A DNA stretch of 64,000 bases from Laetmonice hystrix (taxonomy: Eukaryota). How positions within the stretch are numbered: the first letter of the stretch is position 1; every line of letters starts with the position of its first letter. The DNA lies in NCBI GenBank assembly GCA_965235115.1, contig OZ249436.1, positions 39,868,001-39,932,000 on the forward strand, written 5' to 3'. A model generated the notes under the pieces. That model had not been told where the DNA came from. It did no database searches and was given only the letters and a program-made list of their open reading frames with translations. The translations under genes were made by a program, and so were the position numbers. This document shows, in pieces, positions 63,034-64,000 of the stretch.

Positions 63034-64000
63034 TATTATTCCCCTATCTATGTAATTGCCAGAAATAACGTTAAATTATGTATGATCTCGATTTAATGTC
63101 TTTTATCTCAAGTCAATGTCATTTTATCTAACTTATTGGATTTTTAACTTGAAGCCCTAAGAAACAGTATCAGTTGAGTCCCAAACATTCGGGTCCTCGC
63201 CTCATCGATTATAACCTGGGGAGAACTCTCCCGCTGTTCCTACAATTTTAAGTGATGCGACTCTGTAATCTTAGGTCCATCGTCAAGGAATATAAGGTCT
63301 CGTTATTTTTCCGGATCTCTCAACCAATTATAATTTAGTCGCAAGGCCATGAGTTGGTTCCAAACAGCATTCAAACAAATTCAATTTTCCCTCTGTGCTC
63401 TGCCATACACGTCTGATGCCGACCGGGCAATGAACATTTCTATGTTTTTAGTCAGATCCCAGGTGACTCCTTAATGACAACAACTAGTAAAATGAATTAC
63501 CTGTATTAATTAATTAAATCCTCTTGGATGTAAAACAGAGGTCAGCTTGGCCGATGATCAGTGTTTGTACGTCGGCATCTAATGTTATTCTCGCGGCGCA
63601 AACAATTTGACTTTTTATACAAAGATGTGTTCATGATCTATCTTCACGTGGGCCATGTCCCCGGAGTCAACAAGACAACACACCGATCCTTTTAGTAGTT
63701 AACTGGCAATTCTCCCCTTCCCTTCTCTGAAGAAGGCGTACATGTTGCCTTCATTGCCACCAACACTGCGCAAATTCACTCGACTTTTTAACAACCGATT
63801 TTCTGCAGGGTTAATTGGAACCCGAGTGACCTCCGAGTGACCACTGTCCACTTATCACGAGGCGGGCGTCAGTTATTCGGGCCGACTGGGCACACAGGTA
63901 TAAACTCTTGATGGGTCACTGCTGGGAGCAAACCCTTAAAAATCTAAACCTGATTCTTAACATAATGGGTTGATTGAAATAGCCTATACTGTGAATCTAA

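Overview
Animal (marine-invertebrate-like) nuclear DNA with spliceosomal GT-AG introns; no prokaryotic features, CRISPR, rRNA or tRNA were recognised. The left 26 kb is a compact housekeeping cluster: SSR2/TRAP-beta (first coding exon only, - strand), an RFXANK/ANKRA2-like ankyrin gene (+), LSM6 (-), HSCB/Hsc20 (+) and a 10-coding-exon SLC27A/FATP acyl-CoA synthetase (+). All exon structures were rebuilt by hand with consistent reading-frame phase. Two orphan minus-strand coding exons lie at 31 kb and 36-37.6 kb, and an RFX/NRF1 promoter-like cluster lies at 43.2 kb. The rest is mostly non-autonomous DNA transposons (Harbinger-type, Tc1/pogo-type, and hAT-like with 5-bp and 6-bp target duplications), several of them nested. 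The most striking object is a 6.1-kb element (46319-52434) with split direct repeats A1-internal-B1A2-spacer-B2, a shared AAA core at all three junctions, no recognisable ORF and an internal 83-bp tandem array. It looks like a recently inserted non-autonomous tyrosine-recombinase (Ngaro/PAT/TOC1-like) retroelement sitting inside a Harbinger-type element. Family assignments rest on terminal sequences and recalled protein motifs, not on database searches.
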